In this document: piece by piece, positions 15,001 through 29,295 of the stretch | Numbering within the stretch: position 1 is the stretch's first letter | Layout of the letters: every line of letters starts with the position of its first letter | From: the human T2T-CHM13v2.0 reference genome, Homo sapiens | Direction: 5' to 3' (one strand) | Assembly: GCF_009914755.1 (NCBI RefSeq) | Contig: NC_060937.1 | Length of the DNA stretch: 64,000 bases | The notes under the pieces: generated by a model | The model's input: only the letters and a program-made list of their open reading frames with translations | Told to the model about the DNA's origin: nothing | The model's database searches: none | Translations under genes and position numbers: made by a program

Positions 15001-15770
15001 TTTTTATTTTTGACTTCTTTTGCAATTACTACTAGATATATTTTGAGAATTTAATTTTTATTCTACTAAATAACTGGGATGTAAAAGTAGGTTCCGTGAC
15101 TTCAGATCCAGTGCTCTTTTTATTATATCTCAGGGGCCAGGATAAAAATATAAACTTGGTTTTCCATCTTTGGTAACTTTCTACCTATCCTTGGAGTCTC
15201 TCTTTTACCCATGATTCTTTGTCGTAATCTCCTCAGAGGTCTGCTAAATCCATAGAAAATTAATGAAGGTGATTCCTGCTACAAGAAAACACAAAGATTC
15301 TACAGGTGTTTCTTTCTTAGAGACCTGAAAAGAATTACTACGAAGGTATTACCAAAGAGATTGCTGTAGTTGGATTTTTATCCTACTAAATAAAAATTAA
15401 ATTCTCTTACTATTCTAACCTTTCTTAATATTTACATTTTTGACTCTGTACGCTACATTTTGTATAAGCCCTTTATTTCTATTTTGTAATTCACTATTTT
15501 TTGACTGTGTTAATCATATTTAGTCTAAAACATATCCCAATTATTTGCTATATTAAATTTAAAGGGCATACTTCCAATATATGTAATTGATCTTCTTAAA
15601 ACTCTACCTCTTCTTATGTTAATATGTCTGGTTTTTATTCAAACTTTTACACTACAATGATTTGTCTAAGTTATTTTTTGAAGCCAAGTAGCTTGTTGTA
15701 AATTATAGAGATATCTCAATTTCTCAAACCCACACTGTTTTATATAATTATTTCTAATAAAAATACAGTG
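12070..15770 (-). mobile_element. Patchwork of ancient L1ME fragments including an L1MA/L1MB 3' end at ~14080-14770
   Basis: T-rich antisense L1 motifs; CTTAGCATAATGTCCTCAAGGTTCATCACGTTGTAGCAT (L1MA/MB 3' UTR). Confidence 0.55.
15074..15379 (+). repeat. Copy of 16417-16720 (~305-bp dispersed direct duplication)
   Basis: Collinear base-by-base with 16417-16720, roughly 90% identical by eye. Confidence 0.95.
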
Positions 15771-16349
15771 ATAACTGGAAGTAATTTGTTCTATAATGAA
15801 TAAAAAGAATTCAGGAAAGGAAAATTATTATGTAGAGCCTAGTTGTCAATCTCAATTAGGTATGAAAATCTTATACAAGAAGCAGAATGAACTTCGTTTT
15901 CTTCCAATACTGATCCTGAAATTCAGTGACGTGATAACAAATGGCCTCTTCTTTAGGAAGTCTTTTTTAGGAGGGCCTTCATTTCCCATGACCACATATG
16001 GCTGATGAACTTCTACTACTATTTGTTTTCCCAGAATATCCTTTAGTCTAAAGGACTTTGGAAAGGGAAGCGTAATGAGTAGATAGAATGAATCCCAAAT
16101 CTGGAGCTTGCATAAATTATAGAATATAATTTTTAGGTACATATCAAAGACAGCATTAGATAAATTAAAAGTGAACTTAATTCTCAGAGAAATACTCAAG
16201 AATATCTAAATTAATATATACATTCAGATGCAGTTAATTTTTATAAATGCTTCCTGAATAGTTACCATTGGCCTGTTAAGTGTTTCTATGTGCCCAATTA
16301 GTTATCACGTACAATCTGAGGAAAAGAGGTTATCTTCATTCTACTTCAT

Positions 16350-16470
16350 TGTAGAAGAAAAACTGAGGCTTATAAAACCCAGCTCACTGCTCCAGGTCAT
16401 ATAATAACTGGCAGAGCTGGGATGTAAAAGTAGGCTCCATGACTTCAGATCCAGTGCTCTTTTTATTATA
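16350..16470 (+). mobile_element. MIR fragment
   Basis: GAAAAACTGAGGCT...CAGGTCATA...TGGCAGAGCTGGGAT MIR core. Confidence 0.75.
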
Positions 16471-16720
16471 TCTCAGGGGCCAGGATAAAAATATCAACCT
16501 GGTTATTCATCTTTGGTAATTTTCTACCTATTCTTGGAGTCTCTCTTCTATCTATGATTCTTTGTCAAAATCCTCTCGAGGTCTGCAAAATCCATAGAAA
16601 ATTAATGAAGGTGATTCCTGCTACAAGAAAACACAAAATTCTACAGGTGTTTCTTTCTTAGAGACCTGAAAAGAATTACTACTAAGGAATTACCGAAGAG
16701 ATTGCTATAGTTGTATTTTT
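16417..16720 (+). repeat. Source copy of the 15074-15379 duplication
   Basis: Continuous with the upstream MIR, whereas the other copy starts mid-MIR. Confidence 0.9.
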
Positions 16721-17119
16721 CTTAGAAGGTAAACAATTTTAAGTCTAAAGGCAATGGAAATATTAAAGGCAACCTGAGGCAACTTCGTGTTTCACCTCCT
16801 TCCAAGGTTTAGCAGCAAATGTCCAGGAAAAAAAAAAAAATAGTCCAAGAGGCAATTTGGCTCCTGTCAAAGGACACAATTTTAACAAATTAAGTGGTAA
16901 AAATCAAATAGACTCTTCTTAGCAATTCATGGATCAGTCATCATTTCCTCTAAAAATGAATAAGCTCACATGAGCTGAACAGAGGGGGTGGGCTTAATAC
17001 TCGGAAAAGGCTGAAGAAATTGGAAACCAGGAACAAAAAGAGGACTGGTCTGTTATTGCTGAGTAGTATTCCATTATTTGGATGTGTGCTCCCGTTCTTT
17101 TTATTTATTTTTGTTTTTC

Positions 17120-17900
17120 ATTTTTTTTTTTTTAACTTTTAGGTTTAGGGGCATGTGGACAGGTTTGCTGGATAGGTAAATTGCATGTCGATGGGGCTTG
17201 CTGTGAAAATTATTTTGTCAGCGAGGTCATAAGCATAGTACCGAACAGGTAGTTTATCCAGCCTCACCCTCCTCCCATACTTCACCTTCAAGTAGGCCCT
17301 GGTGCCTGTTCCCTTCTTTGTGTACACATGTATTCAAAGTTTAGCTTCCACTTATGAGTGAGAATATGTGGTATTTGGTTTCTTGTGTCTGCATTAGTTT
17401 TCTTAGGATAATGGCCTCCAGCTCCATCCATGTTGCTTCAAAGAACGTTATCTCATTCCTTTTAATAGCTGCATAGTATTCCATGGTATATATGTAGCGC
17501 ATTTTCTTTATTCAGTCTACCATTGACGGACATTTAGGTTGATTCCATTCATTTGCTATTGTGAATGAGCTGCGATGAACATGTGCATTCCTGTGTCTTT
17601 ATGGTAGAATGATTTATATTCCTTTCGGTATATACCCAATAATGGGATTGCTGAATCAAATGGAAATTCTGCTTTGAGTTCTTTGAAAAATCACCAAACT
17701 GCATTCCACAATGACTGAACTATTCATAGTTTATATTCCCACCGGCAGTGCATAAGCGTTCCCTTTTCTCCACAACCCTGCCAACATCTGTTATTTTTTG
17801 ACTTTTTAATAATACCCATTCTGGCTGGTGTGAGATGGTATCTCACTGCGGTTTTGATTTGCATTTCTCTAATGATTAGTGATGTTAAGCATTTTTCCAT
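17120..17900 (-). mobile_element. Old L1PA (PA15/16-like) 3' end, 5'-truncated
   Basis: Poly-T, L1PA 3' UTR reverse complement, and ORF2 C-terminal remnant. Confidence 0.9.
17724..17900 (-). pseudogene. L1 ORF2p C-terminal (cysteine-rich) remnant
   Basis: Translation [57 protein letters not shown] matches the L1 ORF2p C-terminus. Confidence 0.9.
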
Positions 17901-18180
17901 TGATACACTCAACAAAATGGATCAATCTCAAAGGCATGCTGAGTGAAATAAGCCAGAAGAAGCAAAATTACAGGCACTAAAAACAGATCAGTGGTTGTTT
18001 GATGAAGGAATGGCCTGGCTGAAAGGAGCAGCACATGGGAGTTTGGGGGTTACATGGAGGTTCTATATTTTAGTTGTGGTGGTAGTCCCGTGAATGTATA
18101 CAGTTGTCAAAGCTCAAGAACTATAAAACAAAAAGGGTGGATTTTACGGTATGTAAGTTATGCTTCAATTGTAAAAAATC
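17901..18180 (+). mobile_element. L1ME/MB 3' end fragment
   Basis: ATGCTGAGTGAAATAAGCCAGA...TTGTCAAAGCTCAAGAACT...TTTTACGGTATGTAAGTTATGCTTCAAT. Confidence 0.7.
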
Positions 18181-19497
18181 CTTAACAGATAAATAATGTC
18201 TTGAAATTTTAAATAAATAGGCTCAAACAGAAAAGGAAAAAAAAGGACTGATCATTTCAAAGTTACTTTTCTTTTAGAAACTCTTGTTTGCTCGAAGGAT
18301 TTGGGTTCCATCTCTCTTCTGATTTTTTGGAAAGGAAATGTCTTAGGTTTTGGTGGAATTTTTGTATGAGTGACCATTCAGGTGAGCTGTCTGTTAACGA
18401 CCCTATCCTAGTGCCCACTAACGCTGGCCACTGTGTTCCTCAGAAGAGCAGTGCCAAGGTACTTCGGAAGTTTAATGAAGTTGCATGCTCCCCATTACTG
18501 CAGGCTCCTAACACTGAAGAGAACTCACAAAAGCATAAAGAATGTCTTGCCCTGAAATGTCCCCCCAGTGAACCCAATGTGTATTTTATTTCTTGTTTGA
18601 TTTTCCTCCTAAGAGAGGTACTTTTCCTGAGGTTTCTTATCAAATCCTATCTTGCCATTTACATTGCTCACTTGATTGTAAAAGCTCAGTTAGATATAAA
18701 ATTTAAAATCAGCGTAATATAGAACTGTATATATGACAAAACTACCATAGACATAACTGCCTTTTAGTTTATGGAAGCATAGGGTGAATAAAATGGAATT
18801 AAAAGTAGTGTATACTCATGCTTCCACTAAAAAACAAAGATAATTTTTATATTATATATATAATATGAAAATCGAGACCAGTTCTCCTTATTAATAATGT
18901 CCAGTAACATTTATAGTTGAAATATTGTGAATAATCAAATCCTGCAAACATTTATACACTTCAGTTCCAATTTTCCAAGGGATTTGGAAATTAATTTTTA
19001 AGTTAGTTTGACTAAAACTGCCAGGAGTTGCAAAGCCACAGGGGTAGTTAAGCAAGGATAAATCATACATTGAAATTGATGCGATCTGACCAAATAGGAG
19101 TGGGTGGCCAGATCCCAAATCTGAGATGATAAGTTTGTAGTTTCCTTTCAGCTGACCGGGCTTCCCAAAATATTCCTCCTGATCTTTGCCCTTGAGTCCC
19201 CTGTGATTTCGGGTTTGTGGTCAGAAATCTGGAGCCCACGTTGAACTTGTCTCTGCTGACAGATTTCTCTTTACTTCTTTCCAGAATAGCCTTTGAATAA
19301 TTTATTTAAACTACATTTAAAATTTATTAAAGCTAAAATATGTTATTTTCTATCACAAAGGATGAAGCTTAGGGACTCAATTGTTTCATTTCTTGACCAA
19401 TGATTTCAATTTATGGTAATGAGAGTCCTGGTAAGTTAGGTGACTTCCCCAAGTTAAAAAATAAAATAAAAACGACAAACACAAACATACAAAAAAG

Positions 19498-19498
<1 letters not shown>

Positions 19499-19532
<34 letters not shown>
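19499..19532. repeat. (CA)n microsatellite
   Basis: Direct reading. Confidence 0.95.
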
Positions 19533-19537
<5 letters not shown>

Positions 19538-21400
19538 AAAAACAGAGCTTGTATAGACTAAACTTATCATTTGTTATTATTACTATGTTATTATCAGTCT
19601 CTATTCAATCCAGTCAAGCATCTAGTCTTCACGAACATCAGGAGAGCATTAGGAATGTTTAATCTTAATTTAGATTTAGTTCTAAAAGATGTCAGTATTC
19701 ATATAGCATAAAGATAATCGATTTTCCCACTCAATAAATACAAAGTTTAATTTGGTTGATAAAATTAATGGATGGGTGTGTGAAAAGTAATTATCTAAAA
19801 ATATTAACATACCAAACATATTATGAAATTGATCCTTACGAGAATGCACAATTTACCTTACAAAACTGCACAGTAAAGTGTAGGAGAATATCACCTCATC
19901 TCTGCAAACCTTAGTTGTATCTGTAACATGAAAAGAGTTAGATGGGTGACCTTGGAAGTCCTTTCTAGCTCTCACACTTTGCAAAAGGGTGACTTAAGCA
20001 TGAGGAATACATTTCCCCAAAACTTCACATGATTCTCAGTTCTATAATATCAAGGGTAAAAAAGAATAAGAAAAACATGCACAGCCAGAAATAGTAAAGG
20101 TGGAGGTAGCTTTTATGCCCTCGGTACATAACTTGCCTGCTTTGGTGTATCTCTCATTCTTGGAATAATTTGCAAATTTGTGCTAGGAATAGAAGTAGAA
20201 ACTTCTAGAATATCTTCTCTCTCCCTGTCATAGAATGATCTCAGGACTCGACTTTCTTTAACTTATACTCCTTTTAATTCCTTCTCTGAGTGAATCTTAT
20301 CTCAATTATCTTTGGTCAATCACTCAACGATACCAAGCTGTAATCTAGCTAGCAAATAAGTTCCAAAGTATTTTATAAATAGCACAAATAAATAAATAAA
20401 TGTGATATTAATCCATTTGCCATAAATCATTTCTGCACTAAATGCATGGCTATTTTCAACCTCATTTTGTAAACAGACCTTTAATGTTGGCAAATGAGAG
20501 CACAGATATCCTGGAACAAAGGGAAGAATCAGTTCTGAGGCTGAGGCAGAGCAGTTGGGAGGAGCTGCCTTTTCTTCCCAAGGGTGGAGTGCCTTCCCTG
20601 TTCTCACTACATCTGGCAGCACAGATGGCAGGAAAATTAATAGGAGGGAGACAGTATTGACCTCATGTGGATATAAACAAGTCCTGAGACTACACAGGCA
20701 GGCCAATCTGATAATATCCTTAGAAGAGACCTTGAAAGTTCATCGAGTTCAGCTCCCTGCTGCTGACAAAGCCGTGCTTGACAAAGTTCCATGTCCTGGG
20801 CTAGCATCCTTTAGGTCCCATCCACAGAGATGCTAGGATAGGTCACTGAGAAAAACCATGCCGTCCATGTCCCTAGGTAAATGTGGAAGTAGTATATGAA
20901 CATCTGTTTTATATCAGTAAATTTTCTTGGCGATAGGGGTTTGGGAAAATGACTGCTTAACTTCTTTCTATCACATGCATTAAACCCATTACTGGAATCA
21001 TCAGAAGCAGAAAGCCTATAGAAAGATGTTCATTCTTAAACACTTTAGTAGAGTTAATTCAACTGACTTGTTTCCAGGAGATGTTGGTAATTGACATGAA
21101 TCACTAAATAAATGTCATCTATTGATTATAAAAGCATTGACCAAAATAGTGATCTGGGTTTTGTAAACATTGTTTGTGGCAGCTCTAGACAGATATTTTT
21201 AGTGGGCTGACCTCAAATTGATTCCCACTCCCGTCTCTATCACCACCCCTCATTACAATTGCCTTTGTGTGACAGTAGGCCCTAATTCAAGGCCTGTTGT
21301 AAGATTTTAAAAATGGATTTGCCTTTCTGATTAAAGAGACATCTACATCTCATGTGGTATCTTTCCTTTTTTAGTTTTCCTGAACATGGAGTTGATGATA

Positions 21401-22267
<867 letters not shown>

Positions 22268-22849
22268 TATATTGCAACCATGGAAGTAAAGCAAGAGAAC
22301 GGCAAAATACTAATATTGCTAATATTTATTTTCAGCAACTTTCCTGGCAACAAGTTTTTATTATGTGAAATTAATAAACTTTAATTCTAAGCCACATTTA
22401 ATTCATTAACTTTATTTGAACACACACCTAAGTGATGCACTTACTATTGTGTAAATATTCTTTGTAATATCTTAAGAACAAAAAGTCTACGCCATGGTAG
22501 TCAGATTAATATTAATCTATCTCTTTAAGAATTATTTCCTCTGTTATATTTAGGTTTATAACCTGGAAAGCACTTTCAAACGCTACATCCCCATGAAACT
22601 TTTTCCTTAGCCTCGAAAACTTTTTCACTCCAAGCAATTTTACTCTATCTCAACTAAAGTGGCTATTCCTCCTGCATATTATCACCTCCATTTAAAATTA
22701 AATTTGAAAAAGGTGCTAGATAGTCATGCATGTCTGAAAAAATGTACAAAATAACACAGAAGAGTAACTTTTTGATGAGAAAGGTTTAATGGTTCTCTCA
22801 TTTACTTTGCATACAAATCTTTGAAAAACCTTGATAAAACACTGATATT

Positions 22850-22970
22850 TGACCCCACTTCCAAAAATGGATCCACTAGGTCTAATTGTGGAGTCTAGGA
22901 ATTTACATTCCTAACCAGTCCCCAGGCAATCTTGATGTTGCTGGTTTCAGGACCACTTTTTTTGTAGCAC
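22850..22970. mobile_element. MER5-family hAT fragment
   Basis: CTAGGAATTTACATTCCTAACCAGTCCCCAGGCAATCTTGATGTTGCTGGTTTCAGGACCACTTT. Confidence 0.65.
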
Positions 22971-24848
22971 AGATATAAATAATTTCAAACAGTGCTCATT
23001 GACAACACCTGTTATACTCGCACTTCCTGCAACATGGGGAGGCCCACTGTCTTTGGGAAAAGTGTTGCCACATGGTATCTTAAAGCTATTTCTATTTAAT
23101 ATGACCAGTGCATTAAATTGGCAAAGTGCTAATTGAAATTTAGGCCAATAGTCTGATTTTCAAGACATACAACTCTCAAACGTATCGAAAACATGTATGC
23201 AAATAACAAATAAGTGTTATCTTACTCCAGTTCTGATGGCTCTTGTTTTAATGGGCTCCCACCATTTCTATCTCTGAAAATCATTGTGATCCCTGCCTGC
23301 TCTTATGATGTACAAATAATCCTTAAAAGCATGTTAATGCTGTAATAAAAGAACATACAGAGTTTAAAATTCACAGAAAAATACATGACCATGTTGTGGT
23401 ACAATGACATTTTCAATTTTTATAAACATTTCTATTTAAATAAGGAAGAGTGTGTGTTCCTCACTGATCAGTATTCTTTTCTTCTATTTACAGTTTTAGT
23501 CACTCACACACACACTTGTGCTCACAATGACAAGTTTTTTGTGCTGGTGGAGGCAGGGAAGATATCACTTTATGCTTGATGGAGAGGGCAGGCTGCTCTG
23601 ATGAATTTCGTGCAGCAGGTGTCTGATAGACTATTATTTAATCTCTGCTTTGGGAAAGAGCAATCAAATGATAGCTGTTGGTATTTGTTTAATAAAAACT
23701 CCAGATGTTGACAATGTTTCCCCATGGCCATTGATATATAAAAATTTGCACACAGCTGCAAAAAAGAAAAAAAAAGAAAAGAAAAAAAAAGAAACCAACC
23801 ATCAAGCCCAACAACTTCATGATTATCACTGGGAATAATTCTTTTTTCTTTGTGTGTTTTATGCACAGCCCTTATGGCATGACTCACATATTTTTCAAGT
23901 GTTAATTTGAGCAAGCTAAGTGAGATTTATTTGCATTTATTCTCTTATACTTTTATAAAGAGCTCTGACACACACGAATAGGGGGATTTTAATGGGACAA
24001 TAGAATGTCATCATTTCAGGTCTCCAGTTAACCTGAAAATACATTATTATGTGGGGCAGAGTTTGGAAAAATTTCTGTGTACGAGTATGTTTATTCAAAT
24101 TTTAAACACAGACAAAGATAATAAAGCACAAAAATGCTGCTGATTGGTTAAACAGTAATTCAAATTTGGATTCCCCAAGATTTATATTTTTCCTAGGGTA
24201 TTTAAAAAAAATTTTCCTCATTTTTATTATGTACTATCAGCTAAATGCCAGAAAGGGAAACATCCTAAATTTGTTCCACATCCATAGAAATATTTTTGGA
24301 TCTATTTCTGAATTGCTTCAGAATTGATAGACGGTTTACACTGGAGAGAAAAGACGAGTATCCTCTGGATTTTGTAAGACACATGAAGCTGGCATACATG
24401 TTATAGAAATGAAAATATTGACAGAAATACATATCACATACATTTCTTGATTACTCCTTTCAGTTACTTCATGGGTATACTCTGCTGGGAGGGTGCAGGT
24501 AATTCTTATCAGTTTTTTAGGGAATGACACTCCAGCCTGAGACGCCAGTGGCCAAGCTGCTCTGTGGCAATGCACATCGTCCTCCAGCTCAGGCAGAAGG
24601 TGAAATTTCTAAGGTATTCAGTCACCAGGGAGGCAGGGATTCAGTTCTGCCTGCTCTCCTGACCTTCGGAGTCCTTGCAAGTGATCTCACATTTATAGCA
24701 GGGTTGCCTGGCTTTTCTTTCTCTCCTGCAGCCCCATGCTTGTCACTGTTTGAATGTGAATGGCTACAGCTACATAAAGCAATACTGAAATCACTAACAA
24801 AATATGGTCGAAAAATTGCATTATAAACACTAGGTAATTATAAAATAC

Positions 24849-25345
24849 AGTATTAGATGCCTATTGCTGCTAAAACAAATCACCATAAACATATTGGCTG
24901 AACACAAATTTATTATCTTTTAGTTCTGGAGGTCAGAAGTATGAAATGGGTTTAATCGGGTTGAAACAAATCTGTCCTGAGGGCTGTGACCTTTCTGCAG
25001 CCTCTGGGAGAGATTCTGTTTCCCTGTGTTTCCCAGTATCTGAAAAGGCATTTTTGGCTTCTGGCTCCTGTCCCTTCAAGACAAGCAGAGGACCATCTAC
25101 ACATTGCTCTCCAACTCTGACCTTCACTTCCCTTGCTGTGTTTGTTTTCTCACTCCTTGCCTCCTTCCCTCTTGTAGAATCCTTGTGGTTACATTTAGTT
25201 CACCTGTCCAAGCCAGCATAACCTTCTCATCACAAGATCCTTACCTTAATCACACCTGTAAAGTCTCTGTTGCTACGTAAGGTAATAAAGGACCCACAGG
25301 TTAGGATGTAGACATCTTGAGGTGAAAAATATTATTGTGCCACAA
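24849..25345 (-). mobile_element. MLT1C/D-like MaLR LTR
   Basis: GTATTAG..CCTATTGCTGCTAAAACAAATCACCATAAAC..AATTTATTATCTTTTAGTTCTGGAGGTCAGAAGT..CAAGATCCTTACCTTAATCACACCTG. Confidence 0.8.
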
Positions 25346-25584
25346 GTACTGTAGAAATTACATACTCTCCTTGCAAAATTCAAATGAGAGAATTTAATTC
25401 AGACATGCTATGCTCTGTAGAGTTAATTATAGGGCATGGCCATTAAAAAATAGTTCTGTGATTTATATAGTTTCAAACTATTCTTCCAAAAATAGTATAT
25501 ACATATATACTCATATGTGTATATACTCGTAAACACAAAACCTATCTTTCTGTAGGTTGTCTGTTTACTCTGTTGTTAGTTTCC

Positions 25585-25740
25585 CTCTCTCTCTCTATAT
25601 ATATATATGTGTGTGTATATATATGTGTGTGTGTATATATATATGTGTGTGTGTGTGTATATATATGTATATATTTATATATATGTGTATACATATATGT
25701 ATATATTTATATATATGTGTATACATATATATATATACAT
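25585..25740. repeat. (CT)n-(TA)n-(TG)n compound microsatellite
   Basis: Direct reading. Confidence 0.9.
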
Positions 25741-26396
25741 AAAAATGATTAAATATAGCCAAGGCCTAAGTTAGATAACTTAAGAGGATGCAGGCAATTC
25801 TTATGAGTTTTTATGAGTAACATCACTATGAGCATATAAAATTATTACAATGTAAAATGAGAATATTAATGTATATAACTTAATATAAACTGATTTGCAA
25901 AGAAAAATATGTAATAGAACACGTGTAATTGACTCTTGTTCTTTAGGGTCTGTATTTTATTTACTAATGCCATTTTGATTTGATGGTAGAGGATAATTTG
26001 TAAAAGAAAGCAAGGAAGAACAGAATGTGGTGAGTGTGAAATATGGGACATAAAACTCTTGGTTATTCTATTATCGGAGGGACAAGAGCACCATTAGGAG
26101 CTAAGGTAAATACATGTGCATGTGATGAGTTTCCTGTTATTTACTGTATAAATTTAAGTTCTATAATACATATGGCACAGAGATGGGGTAAAGTGGTAAC
26201 ATAAATAGAGAAGGGGTGACCAAGGTCAAATATAGTGAAAGGTTTTAATAAAGATTAATTATGAAATTGAGTCACATCTTGGTTGCTGTGTAGAAACCTG
26301 CTGTCATTTACTTGGAAGTTGTTGGGTCCCCATAACACTGATACGTGTGTGTCTGGGTGCTCAGAGAACCCAACCACTCGACATGCCCTTAATGTA

Positions 26397-26476
26397 TTAG
26401 GTTGGTGAAAAAGTAATTGCAGTTTTGCCATGACTTTTAATGACAAAAATCAGAATTACATTTGTATCATCCTATT
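26397..26476. mobile_element. MADE1 (Hsmar1-derived MITE)
   Basis: TTAGGTTGGTGAAAAAGTAATTGCAGTTTTGCCAT...ATGACAAAAATCAGAATTACATTTGTATCATCCTAT; ~80-bp imperfect palindrome. Confidence 0.88.
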
Positions 26477-28653
26477 CGTTTCTACAGTTCCCAGTGTGAC
26501 ATTCAGAAAATCATTTCATATGTGGAATGCGAGGTATTTTTCTGTGGTTTTCCAAAATGCCAATGGTTGTGTATATGGAAAAATATGGATATTAAAATAT
26601 GCAACTCCTTATTCATAAAGAAGGGCCACAAAGAAGCAACATTTCAATACTTTTCCTGTGGTCCCAAAATAACTCGAATATGCAAACTAGGTATCCATCT
26701 ACAAACAAATTATCTTGGGATTCCACATTCCTCTTCCAGATTCTACCTTTCTGTTTTTTTTCCTTCTTATCTAACTTCACATTCATTCATCAACTCAAAG
26801 CTAACAGCATTGAAACAATTGTCAAAAGTCAAAAATGTCTTTGCTGCTTAAACATTAGTCATTAATTTTGCTGAGTTTCTCAGCAGCTGCCAACATGCTT
26901 GATGCATCTTCTGGCTTTCAAATATTTTCTTTGGCATTGGTAACACACACTTTCATGGATTTTCTACTATCATTTGGCTGGTGCTTATCAGTTCCCTTCA
27001 CTGGTCTCTGCTCTTCCATTCATCCTGTGTCACCTATTGCATAATCTTTGATCCTCAGCAATCTCCCCAACTCTCATAGCTTCCAATACCAACAACACAC
27101 TGTTGATAGCCACATTTATATCTCTATTTACAACCTCTTTTCTCATCTCATAGATAAGCAATGGTATAATAAAAATCAGACACATGGCACACACTTATTT
27201 TATTTATTTTTTCTTTCTAATGCTTATTTTTGATTCGGGGGTACATGTGCAGGTTTGTCACATGGGTAAATGGGTAAATTGTGTGTCATGGGGGTTTGGT
27301 GTACAGATTATTGTGTCACCCAGGTAATAAGCCCTGTACCCAACAGGTAGTTTTTCGATCCTCACCCTCCTCCCACCCTCCATCATCAAATAGACCATGG
27401 TCTATTGTTTTCCTCTTTGTGGCCATATATAGTCAATGTTTAGCTCCCCCTTCTAAATAAGAACATGTGGTATTTGGTTTTCTGTGCCTGCATTAATTCA
27501 CTTAGGATAGTGGCCTCCAACTCCACCTATGTTTCTGCAAAGGACAAGATCTCATTCTTTTTATGGTTATGCAGTATTCCAGGGTATATATGTACCACAT
27601 TTTCTTTATCTAGCCTACCATTGATGGGCATTTATGCTGATTCCATTTTTTTGCTATTGTGAATAGTGCTGCAAAAAAATCATATGTGTGCATCTTGCTT
27701 TTCTGCAGAATAATTTATATTCCTTTGGGTATATACCCACTAATAAGATTATTGGGTCCAGTAGTAGTTCTGTTTTAAGTTATTTGAGAAATCTCCAAAA
27801 TCTCCTGCTTTCCAGAGTAGCTGAGGTAATATACATTCCCACCAGCAGTGTATAAGTGTTCCTTTTCTCCACAACCTCACTAGCCTCTGTTATTTTTTGA
27901 GTCATTATTAATAGCCATTCTGAGTGGTGTGAGATGGTATCTCATTGTGGTTTTGATTTGCATTTCTCTACTGATTAGTGATATTAAGCATTTTTAATAT
28001 GCTTGTTTGCCACTTGTATGTCTTCTTTTGAGAAGTGTCTGTTTAAGTCCTTTGCCCAATTTTTATTGGGGTTGTTTCTTGCTCATTAATTTGTTTAAAT
28101 TCCTTACAGATTTCTCATATTAGACTTTTGTAAGATATATAGTGTGCATTTTTCCCCCTTCTGTAGGTTCTCTGTTTACTCGGTTGACAATTTATTTTGC
28201 TGAGCAGAAGATCTTTATTTAATGAAATCCCACTTGTCAATTTTTGTCTTAGTTGCAATTCCTTTTGGAGTCTTCATTGTGAAATCTTTGCCTGGGCCTA
28301 TGTCCAGAATGGTATTTACTAGGTATTCTTCTAGAGTTTTTATAGTTTTAAATTTTACATTTAAGTCTAATCCAGCTTGAAATTGATTTTTGTATATGGT
28401 GAAAGGAACGGATCCAGTTTCAGTCTTCTGCATATGGCTAGCCAGTTATCTGAACACTATTCATTGAAGAAGTAGTCCTTTCCTCATTGCTTGTTTCTGT
28501 TAGCATTGTCGAAGATCAGATGGTTGTAAGTGTATGGCTTTATTTCTGGGCTCTCTAACCTATTCCATTGATTTATGTGTCTGTTTCTGTATCAGTACCA
28601 TGATGTTTTGGTTACTTTACCCTTGTAGTATAGTTTGAAGTCAGGTAGTGTGA

Positions 28654-29112
<459 letters not shown>

Positions 29113-29260
29113 GGCCATTTTAACAATATTGATTCTTCCTATTCTTGATCATGGGATGTTTTCCATTTGTTTGTGTTACCTCTGATTTCTTTAAGCAGTG
29201 TTTTGTAATTCTCATTACAGAGATCTTTCACCTCCCTGGTTAGCTGTATTAATAGGTAAT

Positions 29261-29288
<28 letters not shown>

Positions 29289-29295
<7 letters not shown>

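Noticed and set aside
18288-18722. 144-aa ORF in unique sequence
   Set aside because: Starts at TTG rather than ATG, has no recognisable domain, and its length is compatible with chance; only its splice-like motifs are kept as a weak finding.
20320-20836. Cluster of 72-128-aa ORFs on both strands
   Set aside because: No recognisable homology or consistent exon structure; reflects locally higher GC content.
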